Source: Catajapyx aquilonaris (Eukaryota). Taken from it: DNA of 64,000 bases. Below the pieces are notes generated by a model. The model saw nothing but the letters and a program-made list of their open reading frames with translations. It ran no database searches and was not told where the DNA came from. Made by a program: the position numbers and the translations under genes. This document shows, piece by piece, positions 23,432-35,996 of this stretch. The first letter of the stretch is position 1. Each line of letters starts with the position of its first letter. Where the stretch lies: assembly GCA_000934665.2 (NCBI GenBank), contig KZ537985.1, positions 62,001-126,000 on the forward strand, given 5' to 3'.

Positions 23432-24682
23432 GTAAGGAGCCAAGCCTCCAAGTTGCTAGCAGATGTTTTAAAGGACACATGTCGTAGAATCAGATTCATC
23501 CTCACACAGCTGGAGTGACATGTGTGATGTTAGGGTTTTCTTTTTTTTACATGATTTTATTTTATATTTACAATATAAGTTTATTTCAAAGTCGCAACTG
23601 GTGTTTTCATTCGTCCCCGTAATATTGCCATTTAGGTGTGAGTTACGACAGCAGAGTACGAGACTGTTGAATACTCAGTTGACCTGGTCGCAGGATACAG
23701 AAGGAATGTTAAAGAATACGTAAAACACATCCATTTTCATTTAAAGCTTCTGAACATTTTACTAACACTGGGTTGTTAAAAAAAGGGATTACCTTTTTCA
23801 TAACATGTCACTTGTACAGACCATTTTGTGCAACAGGTGTGTGTTGCCAACTGTTTTAGGACATGGTAACTGAAGAACACGTTCCAAAAATGCATTCATT
23901 TGAAGCAGAATAAAAACATTCCCAGGCAGTTCACAGACAAGTGTAACACCATGGAGCCACTGAAACTAGCTTTGTAATCAGCATTGAGTATTGCAGTATT
24001 TACACAAATCTATTAAAAGTCTCGCTGCATTGTACGTTGCCCCTGCCAGGCAAGCCAGAGCGACAACAGACCAGATTGCATTTTCTGAACGAGTTCCTCA
24101 ATTGGGAAATGCAATTAACAAGGAAACGAATCCCTTATAAATTCTACTGTAGGCATGCACGCTCACAAGCTCCCTATTGACTGTCACGCACCCGTATACA
24201 CACATGCTCTTTTAAAAAAATCTTCTTCTGAATAAAGCACAACTCCGCTCTTCCGGGAGGAACAAAACATGGGGAAGGAAAAGAACATTTTTGGCCCATT
24301 CCTTTGGAACAATTGGGAAGATTGCCAAGTCCTAGTGGGCACACGACTCTTTTTAAAATTGGCTAACATGAATATTATTGTCTGGATAATCCAAATTTGC
24401 TTTACAAGTCGGCACAATGCACCCACAAGAAATTGATAGTTCCTCCGTGTTTTAAGAACCCAAAATTTTCCAGTGATAAAAGAGTCTGAATATACACTTA
24501 AAAAAAGATGCAGTGTGATTGTTTGGGGCTCCTGTGGCTCTTTGGACTTAAATCGCACCTTGGCTTTCTTTCAATCGGCACACTGGGTTCAAATATATCC
24601 CCTTCACTGCCCAACTCACACATCACTAAGAGTCGTCGGAACTGTTTCAAAATCACGCATCACACTCACATCACATGTGCTG

Positions 24683-27600
24683 CTACCTGTGTTTCTCTTT
24701 CCCCTTCTGAGCTTCGAGGTAAATGGGAGTCACACTTGAAGGCTTGAATTTCCTGCAGATAGGAAAAATACACATTAGACAATTTGGTTTTACTTGGTTC
24801 TACCAAATGAAAACAATTTCACTCACGAGTATTCAGACTGAGGCACTCCAATGACCAGTAGAGGGTTTCCTTTCATGTGCAGGCGCCACATTCCTCTATG
24901 GTAGCCTCTTGCATCCAGGTCCCATATTTTGAAACACTGTCATCAAATGTACAGAATGAGTAGTTACACACCCAGTATAAAATTACGAGGTTATAAAACT
25001 AACCTTGGCCACCTGTAGCCACGTAGTGAAATCCTTGGGGTCATCCATCTTGATGTACATGACGTGCACCTCTCCGCTTTTCGACACATCGGGAACAAAG
25101 TTCTCCTCGCATGGAGACTTGCTGTGGTCCAGAACCACAGCCTTCTTCAGAAGTGAGGTCACTGCCTCTTCATACTTGTCCTTCTTCAGCCTGCAGGATT
25201 GAAAACCATGTAGTGTACTTTCATGCCTTGGAATCAGAGCCAGACTCACTCACTTTTCAATATCCCTGAGCTGCACATCTGGTTGGGTGTTGAAAGAGTG
25301 TTTCTTGAAGTACACATCTTGGAAGTAGGAGTTCATGTTCAGGCCCAAAGACCCAAAGTGGTAAGTACGGGAGACATCTGGCACGACGCATTCCCTGCCC
25401 TTTCGGACCTCTGGAAGACGCATCCACATGTCCCAGTCCCACATCTGAAAGGTGTCCCAGGAATGAGTGAAAGTTTCTGCTCTTATTTTCCTGACTCATC
25501 TTTACTGACCTTTTCTGGAGTGGGCCACTTGGGCTCCAGCTCGTCTTTGTAGAGTGACCTCTTCAGGATCCACCCCAGTCCAGGCATGGTCTCCACCCTG
25601 TAGAGCAAAGCAGGTTCCTGGCTGGTGTGGTCATAGCTCTGGTCATTCCAGGCTGAAATGCAGTAAAGTGATTCGTCCTCCTCCAGCAGGTGCACTGTCT
25701 GGCTGAAGTAGCTGAAGAAGTCTGGGGAAACATCCAGGTCCTCTTCAATGATAATGGCATACTTGGCCGAAGGGAAGATGTTGAAGGTGGCAGTCAGAGA
25801 TGCCTTGTAGTGTTGTGCTATTCGAGCATTGCGCATCCCAATGGGAGTGTGCTGGATGCCGCGTAGGCCAAACAGCTTGGCCACCTCTAAGGGCTCCTCA
25901 AAGTAGCCGTCAATAAATACTGTGATCATTTCAGGGTTGACGCCACGGGCAGTCAGCAGTGACCTCAGCATCCTTTTTGAAAGAAGAATTGTGTTATTAC
26001 CACGTTCATGCACAAAATATATTGTCGGAATAATTCACTGTACCTGTAGAGATAGTGTGGCCTGTTGCTGGCAATCACTGCTACTGGGACATCATGAACA
26101 CGGTTTGCTGAAAGCTAAACAATGTGATGGTGAGATATAGCTCTCATGCAAAACAATAATGCAAACGTAAAAAAAAAGTTAATTGCATTGCAATAATGGT
26201 GAAATGAAATCAAACAGAGAGTTGACATCTCTCCAATTACACCCATTTCTACAGTCATGGTAAAAGTGTAAAAGTCAGTTGCATTTGACCCTGCATATTT
26301 TAAAAAGTAAACTTCATTTTAATAAACCTAATACTTACAGGATCTGTGTTGAACTCAAGTGGTGCCGGATCAGTGCAGCTGCAGACGCTCCCGTACCCTT
26401 CGATATGGTTGCAAAACTCTCTCCGCCTCTTGTTCTCCTCCGTGTCTGGCCAGTCACACTCGCTCTCCTCCACTGGAACCAGGGGCACCTCCACCCTCAG
26501 CATAATTGGTGCTCCCCATGTGTTGAACTCTGTGCTCTTGCTGTACGACTCCCCAAACATCTTCCCACCCTTCTGGCTAACCATGGCCCACATGTCCCTC
26601 CAACCAATCACTTGCGTCCTCTTCGAGCCCAGCCTTTTTAAGAGATCACGTGCAGGCTGCTTCATCTGGAAGGTCCCTTCATCCTGGAATCATCGCAGCA
26701 ATTAGTGTTGGCACTTACACACCCTACTCTCTCCACCAACCTTGATGGTGAACACAATGATGCGTCCATCTGACACCATATTGAGGAAGAGTGCCATGGC
26801 TTCATCCTCATGAGGTGAGTAGGTGTCAAATAGCCGCTGTGCCATCACACTTCCTGTCGCCTGGTTGAGCACCATCACATGTATCCCTCTGCCCTTCCGC
26901 TCCTCCCCATCCTCCAGAATCTGAAATGCAATTTCCAAATCAGAATGTACGTTGAACACCCAAACCGAGACACTTGTGACCAAAAATTCCAGGACCATAA
27001 TGAAGTCCCATAAATTGTGAAAAAATGTGTAAGAGCTCAATAATTTAAATACTCCCCACCGTGCCCACCTGACCTCCCCGAGACACATCACCTCCACCGC
27101 AGCCAAGGAAGCCAGCCAACTTTGACAGGTTTTATACCCGGTATACATCATTTTTGGAACGTGGTGTACTTGGTCCAGGGCCGAATCACTCACTAGTTCC
27201 AAAGTCCCTTTTGGTTTTTCCACCTCCCCGATTTTCCCAGTAGTTGGTGCTGGCACATAGCCCGCGGATGAGACCAGAAATCCGGTGGAACATTTCCTAT
27301 TCGGGTCGCCTTTTCGTGGCCCTGGCTGTGCTGCATCCACGTGTCCATCCCCCCNCCTCACAGAAGGCCAATTTCAGACACGATTTATGGCATTTTTCAA
27401 CCAACCGGTAAATGAGAATTCGAGATGACGTGTGGCCCAGTTGTTCTTCGCCTGGTATGGGCCAAGTGGAAGTGGAGGAAGAAGAGAAAAATGGGCCAAC
27501 TCGACCATCCTCCACATTGCATTATAATGACCGGTTAAAACCTACAATACATTATCCCCCCTTTATGACACCCGGGGATCCATAACCAAAATGTCCACTA

Positions 27601-30600
27601 TTTCCCAGAATGATTCACTGGGCGTTGTTTGCTCACTATTTTATCGATTGCCACACAATTCATCTAGATTATCGATACTTTCCAAAACGAAATCAGGTTA
27701 TTTGACCGCTTTACAAGCCAACAGTGAGCTACTAAACCGAGCCCGAATACACACTGTCTCATTACTACAGCATACGCCCATGCATCAACCAGCATGGCTA
27801 CATGTTCAATAATAATTTTTAAACCCGACATGCCGGGGCAGAATGGCACTCCCTACTCTGCCCAGGGCCAGGAGAAAAGGCCTGGTGTAATGTCAGAAAT
27901 GACTATCGCACAGCGCCCTCCCTTGGAGTCTCGAGCCATATCATGGGGAATTACGAAAAAATAAAATAAATAAATAATAATAATGGGTGGAAGGAGCATA
28001 AATGATCCGAGCGCCAATCAGCGAACTACCCAGCGCCAGGCGCCACTGATGCATATCTATATAAATATCTACATAAATAAAGCCGTTTGTGAGTCTGTCT
28101 GTCTGTCTGTCTGTCCGCCTGCCAACCGTCATTTGCCTGACATCTGTGCTCCACCCCCAGGCCGGGAGAGGATAGAGGTGTTGGGGGTTGGCAGTCAAAT
28201 GACGGTTGCCGTTATACAGGCGGGGGAGGTTCAAGGTGTTGGACTAGCAGGACCACAGATGGCATTGGTGGCCGGACACACCGAAAGACAGACAGTTGAC
28301 GGGGCTACTGGCAGGTGTTTTCCCTTCATTCATTTCTTCCCGGGCAACGCCGGGTGCCGCAGCTAGTTAGGACATATGCGTCAGATGGCGCTGCGGACTT
28401 CCAGCAACTTCCAGTGTTCCTAATTCCACCGGAAGTGGGCTAGAATTACCGAACACAAACAACAGTAACCAAACTCCAGTATTTTCCTAGGAGTTGTCAC
28501 AATACTGCTAGGGTCAACAATCTTAAACCTGGCTGACTGTAGCTCGATCCTCCACTCGTCGGGTCGGCAGCACAAAATGATTGGGTTACACTAAACAAAG
28601 AGCGCCTCTACCTTTTCATGTGGCAAGAAGCCCAAACTCCCCAAGCTCTGTCTTGTTTTCGACTGGGTAGAGAGAGATTCCCCTGGAAATTTCTTGACGC
28701 TGATGGTCTCGCCTCTCCCCTTTTCAACCTTCCATTCTGCTGCTTCCCCCATCTCCTTTCCGAAGCAACAGACTGTAAAGGCTTTATCTCTATTTACTTT
28801 CCCTAACGAGTTGGGCCCAAACTTGTGCGAAGCTGCCACCAAAAACGGCTCCGGGCATTACCAGAATTTCCCACCTTGGAAAGCCCCGGATTTTCCTCAT
28901 ACTCACAGTGGTTCCGTCCACTGTGACGGCCACTTTGGACTGGCTGGAATAGACCTCGATGGTCAGGGTCTTTGGCTGGGTCTCCTGAAGCCGGAGACTG
29001 TTGTGACGGTCCTCCGCTTTGATACCTTCCTCTCCTTCTCCCGACCACGTCTCCTCCTCCTGCAGACGCTTGCTGGTGTCCACGATGAACATCACATTGA
29101 TACCGATGGTAATCAGCAACACAACCACCAGCAGACCCTGGAAATAACAAGCCATAGAATAACTACCCGTAATTCGCCACGGGGGCTCAGCACGCTACGC
29201 TCGGCGGTGCGGTGGGGGCGGAGCGTAGTGTCCTGAGCCGTTATTGGCTACAGCTAATAATTATTTAAAAAAAACAGCGTATCTTTCCCGAAAAGGAACC
29301 GGTTTTTGGTAGAGTAGCAAGAGAAAAGAGAGAATCGGTCTCTTCCTCTTCTCTCCGCCCTCTCAAGGGAGATGTTGATAGATGAGGCTGCTGTTCCCCG
29401 CTCCGATTCCTCCTCCTTCGCCCCGGGGCTAAAAAATGGGTCTGGGAACGCAGGGGAGGGGAAAACCCTTCTCCGCCCCCCCTACACCCTCCCATCTTGT
29501 AGGGAAATCAGTGACAATGGCCGAATCACGCTTGACAAATGCATCGCTTCCGGCGAACGTGTCAGGAATCGCGCACTTCACCTCAGGTAGATATATCCTG
29601 ACAGGTCTGCCACTAGTAACAGATAGGCCTATAGCCTCGGATTATAATGATGGAGCGAAACATAATTATTAGATCAATGAGCATAATAAATCAAGCTGAC
29701 AAAACACTGGTGTGTGGTGATAATTGCCCAGTGCAGTCCATACAGCCTAATTAATATGAGTGTAAGTACTGAATATACCGGGTGTCCCATATGTACAGGG
29801 TACACAAGCGGTCATCCTAAGATAAACTACAGTTCAGCAGTTTTTGCAGTGGATTAAATGGATTGGTGACAAATCCAATTGAGCTAGTGGAAATAGGGAT
29901 AGTGCCGGTGGGATCCTGTGGGGGGGGGGGGGTGTAAGAGGCGCTAGATCCATTAATGAAGAGCATCCACCGGCAAACTGATCAGTGATTAGCAAAGTGC
30001 CCGACCAATTAATTCTCTGGTTTACCGCTGTGTGTTCCCATACATACGTCATTTTGGTACCGATTCAATTGAAAGCTCCATATCCGGAAAGAATGTCAGT
30101 TCCGTACATTAAAAAAAAAAGTTGGCCACCTTTACATGTAACGTGAAATAGACAGATTTGGCATCAAATTTCCAGAGCGGTCCGCCGCATCTGGCAGCAC
30201 GTCAACCCGGACAATTATTCATCTTTCCCCAACACTAGTCAGATCGATACTATCGTATGGGCTCAAAACCTTCCCCGCCTTTCGAACCGTTAATAAAATA
30301 TCAGGGGTGGTAATGCCCGTTGCCGATTCAGGTCTTGGCCGCAAATCAAGTGCATGTCCCGGTAAATGTAATCAATTAGTGTTCAGCCGGTTTACCTCTG
30401 TACCTAGGACACTGATCCCCCTCCAGCCCCCGGAGAGAATCCTTCATACATTATTGAACAAAAATGGCCACAGATTCACGAACTTTGACCCGCGATAATC
30501 TCCTCGAATTACCGCGGGGTCGGTATACCCTATGTGTGATGTATCGAGAAATTGTCTTCCAGCAAAGCCGTTTGAATTTGTCACCCTTTTCCATATAGAA

Positions 30601-33600
30601 CGTCGCTTCCTCTCAAGGGCTGCATAAAAAGGTGGGTTCTCCGGAAAATACGGCGGTTGATACAGTCAATCGTAAGACATTGGGAAACTTCAAAAGAAAA
30701 CATGATGTCATGCTATATTTACTCCAATGTTACACCAGAAAATTGGATGTCTGAAAAGGTACACCAACAAAGTTATCGCCTGGACGATTGCATGTGTGGC
30801 AGGTAAAAAAAATCACGTACTATGATTCGACTGTTCAAAATGGATGCCCTACCATTCACTAAGTAAATTGAACCAATGTTTCCTCTTCGGAAAGCTGAGA
30901 AGGCACCTTTTTCTCTCTCTCTCTTTTTTGCCATCCCCTAGAGTCAACTAACCCGGATTATTGAACGCTCAAAATTGTTACCTCCGCGATTTTTTACCCC
31001 GTAAAAATGGCGGGTCCGGAACATATAATAGCAAGTTGACTTTCAATACATCCAATTAACCCAGTGTGCACCGGATTATTCATCTGAAAGCAACAGGGTC
31101 AATTGTCGAGGGTGGACGATCAGTTTTAATAAAAGCACATCGGCAAACACTTGCTGCTCAATTACTCCTGCCCTTCATTATTGTCAACCACTCCCACACA
31201 TTGTTGTGAGATGACCCCCGTCTATCAACCCATTGGCAATAATAAAAGCTATTAAAATTAATATAACAAATGAATTTAAAATAATTGCCATTTTTTTTGA
31301 ACATATGCTCTAGATAGGAATCGACAAGAAGTCAGTAAGTCCCAACTTCCCAAGGACCACTTATCACTAGTTGGTGGAAGGAAAAAAAAAGTGTATAGAC
31401 CAAAAAAACTTTTGCCACTTCTTAACTCCAGTCTGAACATGACAAAAAATAAAAGTAGAACCAAGTTTTGTGAAGGGTCTTTCGTGCGATAATTAGCACA
31501 GCAACTCATTTTCAGCTTCTTGTCCTCTTACCAAGTCCAAAAGCCTGACGGTTTTTCATGTGGTGCGACGGCCGGAAAATATTCCACATTCGTCTCAGTC
31601 CGGCTTATCTGACTTTGTTCCTTCTTGAACCGCTATCTTCATACGGACCTACTTTTTTTTAAAAGGGAGGTACTACAGGGGGGGGCTTTGTTTCAGGTTG
31701 ACGTTAAGCTAGAAATGCTGGAGAGGCAATTAAATTGTCAACCGCAAGTCCCATACGGTTGTCCCGACATTAGCTGGAACAATGTTCACTGACTGTACTT
31801 TTCAACAGGACGAAAAGTATTGTTACAATTGCCCAATTGTGGGACGAAATGTCTTTTGGCCAAATTCGGTGTTGTCCCAGCAGTTTACGACATCCCCAGC
31901 AATAATGAACCTCAGGACCCCTTTTGTTGACCCTCAGTTCCCTTATTGTAGGCTAATGTCTACAAATATGAACCGGAACGTTGTAATCCTCCCAGCTTGC
32001 AACCTGACCACAAACGATGTTCCAACCCCCCCTGTAATTAGAAGTCCCTATCTCCTAAAAGCACTAGCCATAAGTACCTCACTATATTACATGTTTTCTG
32101 ACCGCAACCGGTGATTGGCTCATTGATTCCCTTCCCACTACTTTTTTTTTTAAAAAAACGAAGAGACATCCAATATTCCAAGGGTCGTTTGGAAATGTTA
32201 TCGTTGGCACGTGGACCTCCCTGGAAAAAAGTTTTCCTGGTCGTGATTACGAAGCCAAAACGCTCTTTTCCACAAAGCGACACACCGAACTTTTTTATTC
32301 CTCGCCTCAGATTTGTTTTACGTGACTCTTGCATTAAACATGGCGGGCTTTTTATTCCCAAATCCTCGCTGCATCTGGACGTGTTGATCTCCCACGCCCT
32401 CTATACCAGCCTCTACTTTTTTTTTACAGGGTTGTTGAGCTAGAAGCGTGGTTCACTTGCATTGTTGAGCATAAATTGGAATTTGCGTGGGGCGTGATTT
32501 TGGGCGAGTGCGGGCTTCAATTATTTTTATCGCTAAGCACGTGTAGGTGGAGGTCGTAATTGTTGCCGCTCAGATGGTAATTATTTCCGCGGTTGTTTTA
32601 GTGCAATTTACTGCAAGCACTCTGGACCAGAATAAAGCTAACAAACACTAACGTAAATTCGCATGTTTCTGGCTTTACTATTAAACTTGGTTTTATTATA
32701 CACGGTAGACAAAACCTACAGTAAGTTATATTTAGTTGTAACTAGCAGGTTATGAAATACTTTGAATGAATCGATGTATCGATCCTACATCGCTGCGGCC
32801 AAGGATGACCTCGGAGGTCAAGTCCAAATGTGCTAAAAACCTTCCCCGTTAAAAACTACCCCTAATGATCACCCTGGGGCATACGTCGAGGAGTTGTTCC
32901 CGATGCAAATCAATACGGAGGCCTCGACGTATGACCCAGGGTGATCATTGGGGGTAGTTTTTAACGGGGAAGGTTTTTAGCCCATTTGGACTGGACCTCC
33001 GTTAAAAACTACCCCTAACGATCACCCTCCGTATTGATTTTTATCGGGAACAACTCCTTGATCCCGATTAAAATCAATACGGAGGCCTCGACGTATGCCC
33101 CAGGGTGATCATTAGGGGTAGTTTTTAACGGGGAAGGTTTTTAGCCCATTTGGACTGGACCTCCGTTAAAAACTACCCCTAACGATCACCCTCCATATTG
33201 ATTTTTATCGGGAACAACTTGTTCCCGATTAAAATCAATACGGAGGCCTCGACGTATGCCCCAGGGTGATCATTAGGGATAGTTTTTAACGGGGAAGGTT
33301 TTTAGCACATTATCCTCCCACTGTCCACTAGAACGAGTCATGCTGGACGTTATGAAAAATGTATTTTTTCATTGCATTCACTACATTCACTACATAAGAT
33401 AGTTGGAGAGTTGGTAGTTCCGCCAGGAGATGGCGTGGAGATGCGGCAATTTGTAACAAGTCGTGTTGCAGCCGGAGGCGAGGCTAGTCTGCAACCAGTG
33501 CAAAATGAGCATTTTTACGTATACAAGTTGGCACATTAAATATAATGCAAATTAACAAGTAAATGACAGTCCAACTAATTCCTGCCGCTGGCTGTCACCT

Positions 33601-35257
33601 CCCACTGTCCACTAGAACGAGTCATGCTGGACAGTTGTTGCCAACCAGAATAATGTAAACATGTTCAACTGTTCGTATATACATAGTAGTGGCTGCCGCA
33701 TGCAATATGCAATACATCCCCATGTAGTGGTGTATGTACTAAACTTTGCCGCAGTTTGAACAGTTAAAATGTTTATTTTCATTCTCATTACAGTAGCATT
33801 ATAACGCCCAATTAACCCCGACTATTTAACCTCATGTATTTATAACCCTCTACCCTCAAGGCCCTGCCACCACCACATTCCCTCTTCAGAAAATGAAATC
33901 TAAGCATATCCATAGTTTTCCTAGATCCAATTCACGAAGACATGGCCAATCAATAATTAATTAGTCTGTTTATTTTCCAGCTCGACGTGATCCGAATTGG
34001 TCTGAATTAAGAGTGTTTGTGAAGCGAAACCTTCTCCATACAACATTCACTTCTGGAGATGATTAGCGCCAAAGTTTGCGGTTTGGCATTTACTCGAAGC
34101 GCCCCCTTGGCTATACACCCACAGGGCAAGAACACAAAAGTTGGGCTCCAAAAATCGAGCTTTGGTTGAGTTGGGGACGACGTGACCGGAAAAGGTTATG
34201 ACCATCTATGGACAGTAACAAAAAAAAATGGGGAAAAACTGTTTAAAAACATGGGAAAATCATGTTTGAAAACGAAAATATGGAGAAAAATCGTTTAATA
34301 ACATTCCAAAACCGTTTGATAACACGCCCAAACCGTTTAAAACCGTTTAAAAACCGTTAAACCGTTAAAACCGTTAAAACCGTTTAAAAATTAAAAACCC
34401 GTTTACAAAACTGGCAATCCCTTCTTAGAACTGAAAAACCCTTTCGAAAAGAGCGAAACCCCCTTTAAAATAATAAAACCCAAAACGAATTCCTAGTTGT
34501 CAGGTTTTCTCCCTCTCCAGCAGAAGTTTGTCAAATGTAAAATTCGTTCTAACAATCTTGTCACCTCCAGAAAATCCGGTCGCATCGGGACACCTACTAT
34601 AAAAAAAAAAACGTGGCCGAAAAAAAGTTTCTCAAGAGTTTCAAGTGCACCAGAAGGCTTCCTTCTCAGGTCCTCCGGTAGTAAAAGAAGAGATCAAGTC
34701 TGAAAAGTTGGTGGGGGTTTGGGCGTCGGTGGCCAAAACCTTGTTAAAATTCATTCACGCCTTCTTCTGATTGGCAGGTTGGTGGGTCTCACCTGAGCCT
34801 CGAGTTTTTCCCCCCCAGAGGAGTACTTTTTTTCACGAAATCATTTGCATCCTAGGCGCCAGAGGGATTTTACCAAAAACTTTCTCTAATCCCATCTTGC
34901 AAGTGTGATGGTCCCCTAGGTCAGGTTTTTGTCAAGTTTTGCCAATTGGTTCAATCTACACCGTTTCTTAATTAATACACAGCTGCTTGGATCCGACAGA
35001 TCCCACGGTGCTTATTTTGTTCTGATTCGTTAACCGCTGTTTTGTTCCTTTGTTCTGATCCAGTAATTGGAAATGCACTTATATATCTTCAGCGAAGTGT
35101 TCATGCAAATTATTGGTATTACCTGGAAGAGCTTCTTCAGGAGACGGCGTCTTCTTCCGCCATGCTTGACATGCATGGCTGGAGGTGCGTAGGTTGCCCA
35201 TGGACGTCTGGACGCCAATGAGGGTGACCTGGACGTCGGACGACGCTGGTCCATCAT
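24683..35257 (-). CDS. POMGNT1: Protein O-linked-mannose beta-1,2-N-acetylglucosaminyltransferase 1 (GT13), 10 coding exons
   Basis: Exon 35123-35257 (MMDQRRP...[11 protein letters not shown]) splices in phase 0 to TM exon 28907-29137 ([21 protein letters not shown]...). Stem domain [25 protein letters not shown]. Catalytic motifs [38 protein letters not shown] and IWDLDARG. Stop at 24683-24685. Confidence 0.95.
28056..28366 (+). mobile_element. Non-autonomous Helitron in POMGNT1 intron
   Basis: 5' A|TCTATATAAAT, then a (GTCT)n microsatellite near the 5' end. The 3' hairpin CCCGGGCAACGCCGGG is followed by CTAG|T. Inserted in an AT dinucleotide with no TSD. Confidence 0.88.
32813..33310. repeat. 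Compound array of three related hairpins
   Basis: A palindrome at 32813-33000 is followed by two rearranged copies (33001-33164, 33165-33310). They share GTTAAAAACTACCCCTAA, AATCAATACGGAGGCCTCGACGTATG and TAGTTTTTAACGGGGAAGGTTTTTAGC. Confidence 0.9.
33314..33632. repeat. 35-bp perfect direct repeat pair
   Basis: CCTCCCACTGTCCACTAGAACGAGTCATGCTGGAC at 33314-33348 and 33598-33632. Confidence 0.85.
34305..34405. repeat. Degenerate AAACCGTT(T) tandem repeats
   Basis: Around eight copies of AAACCGTT(T)A separated by variable A tracts. Confidence 0.7.
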
Positions 35258-35341
35258 TGTACGGCAGTGCTGAATATCACCTGAAAGAAAAAAGCGTGAT
35301 TTGTAATCCCCCGGAAATGTGCTGGCCCCGGCATTGCAGTA

Positions 35342-35996
35342 CAGTGTTGAACATTAATCGCGTCATACTGCTTGCGACATTTTTTGATGCGGAAGACGTG
35401 CAAATCGAAGTGATAGAGTGTGAGCCGTGCGAATCAGAAGAGGTAGGCCTTGGGTGACGTCACCGGCTGGGGGACAAGCCAGCCCCCGGGCACTTCCCCT
35501 ACAATCTTATCTTATCGCCTGCCGGGGCGTGTTGCATGAGGTGCTCACCTGAGAGCGTCATGAGACCTTTCAACGCGCTATTATGTGGCGACCCTACCGG
35601 ACTACGCTGAACTTTATAGGTACAAAAAGGAAGCGCTACATTGGGGGACCCAACATGGTCGCCGGCGGTCATGCTGGGCCCGCATGTAGCGGCTTCTCTT
35701 CTACCTCAGTTCAGCGTAGTCCGGTAGGGTCGCCACAAAATACAGCAGTGAAAAGCTGTCTCATGGCGCTCTCAATTGAGCACCTCATGCAAACGATGCA
35801 GGAGATAAGAGGGAGTGTCCAGGCCTTAGTATTCTAAGACCATGGGACAAGCCTTTTCTCAATTGCCCCCCAGCCGGTGACGTCACCCAAGGCCTACCTC
35901 TTCTGATTCGCACGACTCACACTCTATCACTTCGATTTGCACGTCTGCCGCATCGGAAAATGTCGCTAGCAGTATGACGGAATTAATGTCCAGCAC
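35342..35996. mobile_element. ~650-bp foldback (long palindromic) element
   Basis: Outer arms of ~135 bp (35344-35478 vs 35862-35996). Nested inner arms GTTGCATGAGGTGCTC/GAGCACCTCATGCAA and TGTGGCGACCCTACCGGACTACGCTGAACT/AGTTCAGCGTAGTCCGGTAGGGTCGCCACA, with centre ~35663. Left end TA|CAGTG. Confidence 0.85.

Noticed and set aside
26921..27361. N-terminal extension of the 219-aa ORF as POMGNT1 coding sequence
   Set aside because: Only ~26742-26920 is exon (acceptor ttcag before ILEDGEE). The rest is intronic read-through.
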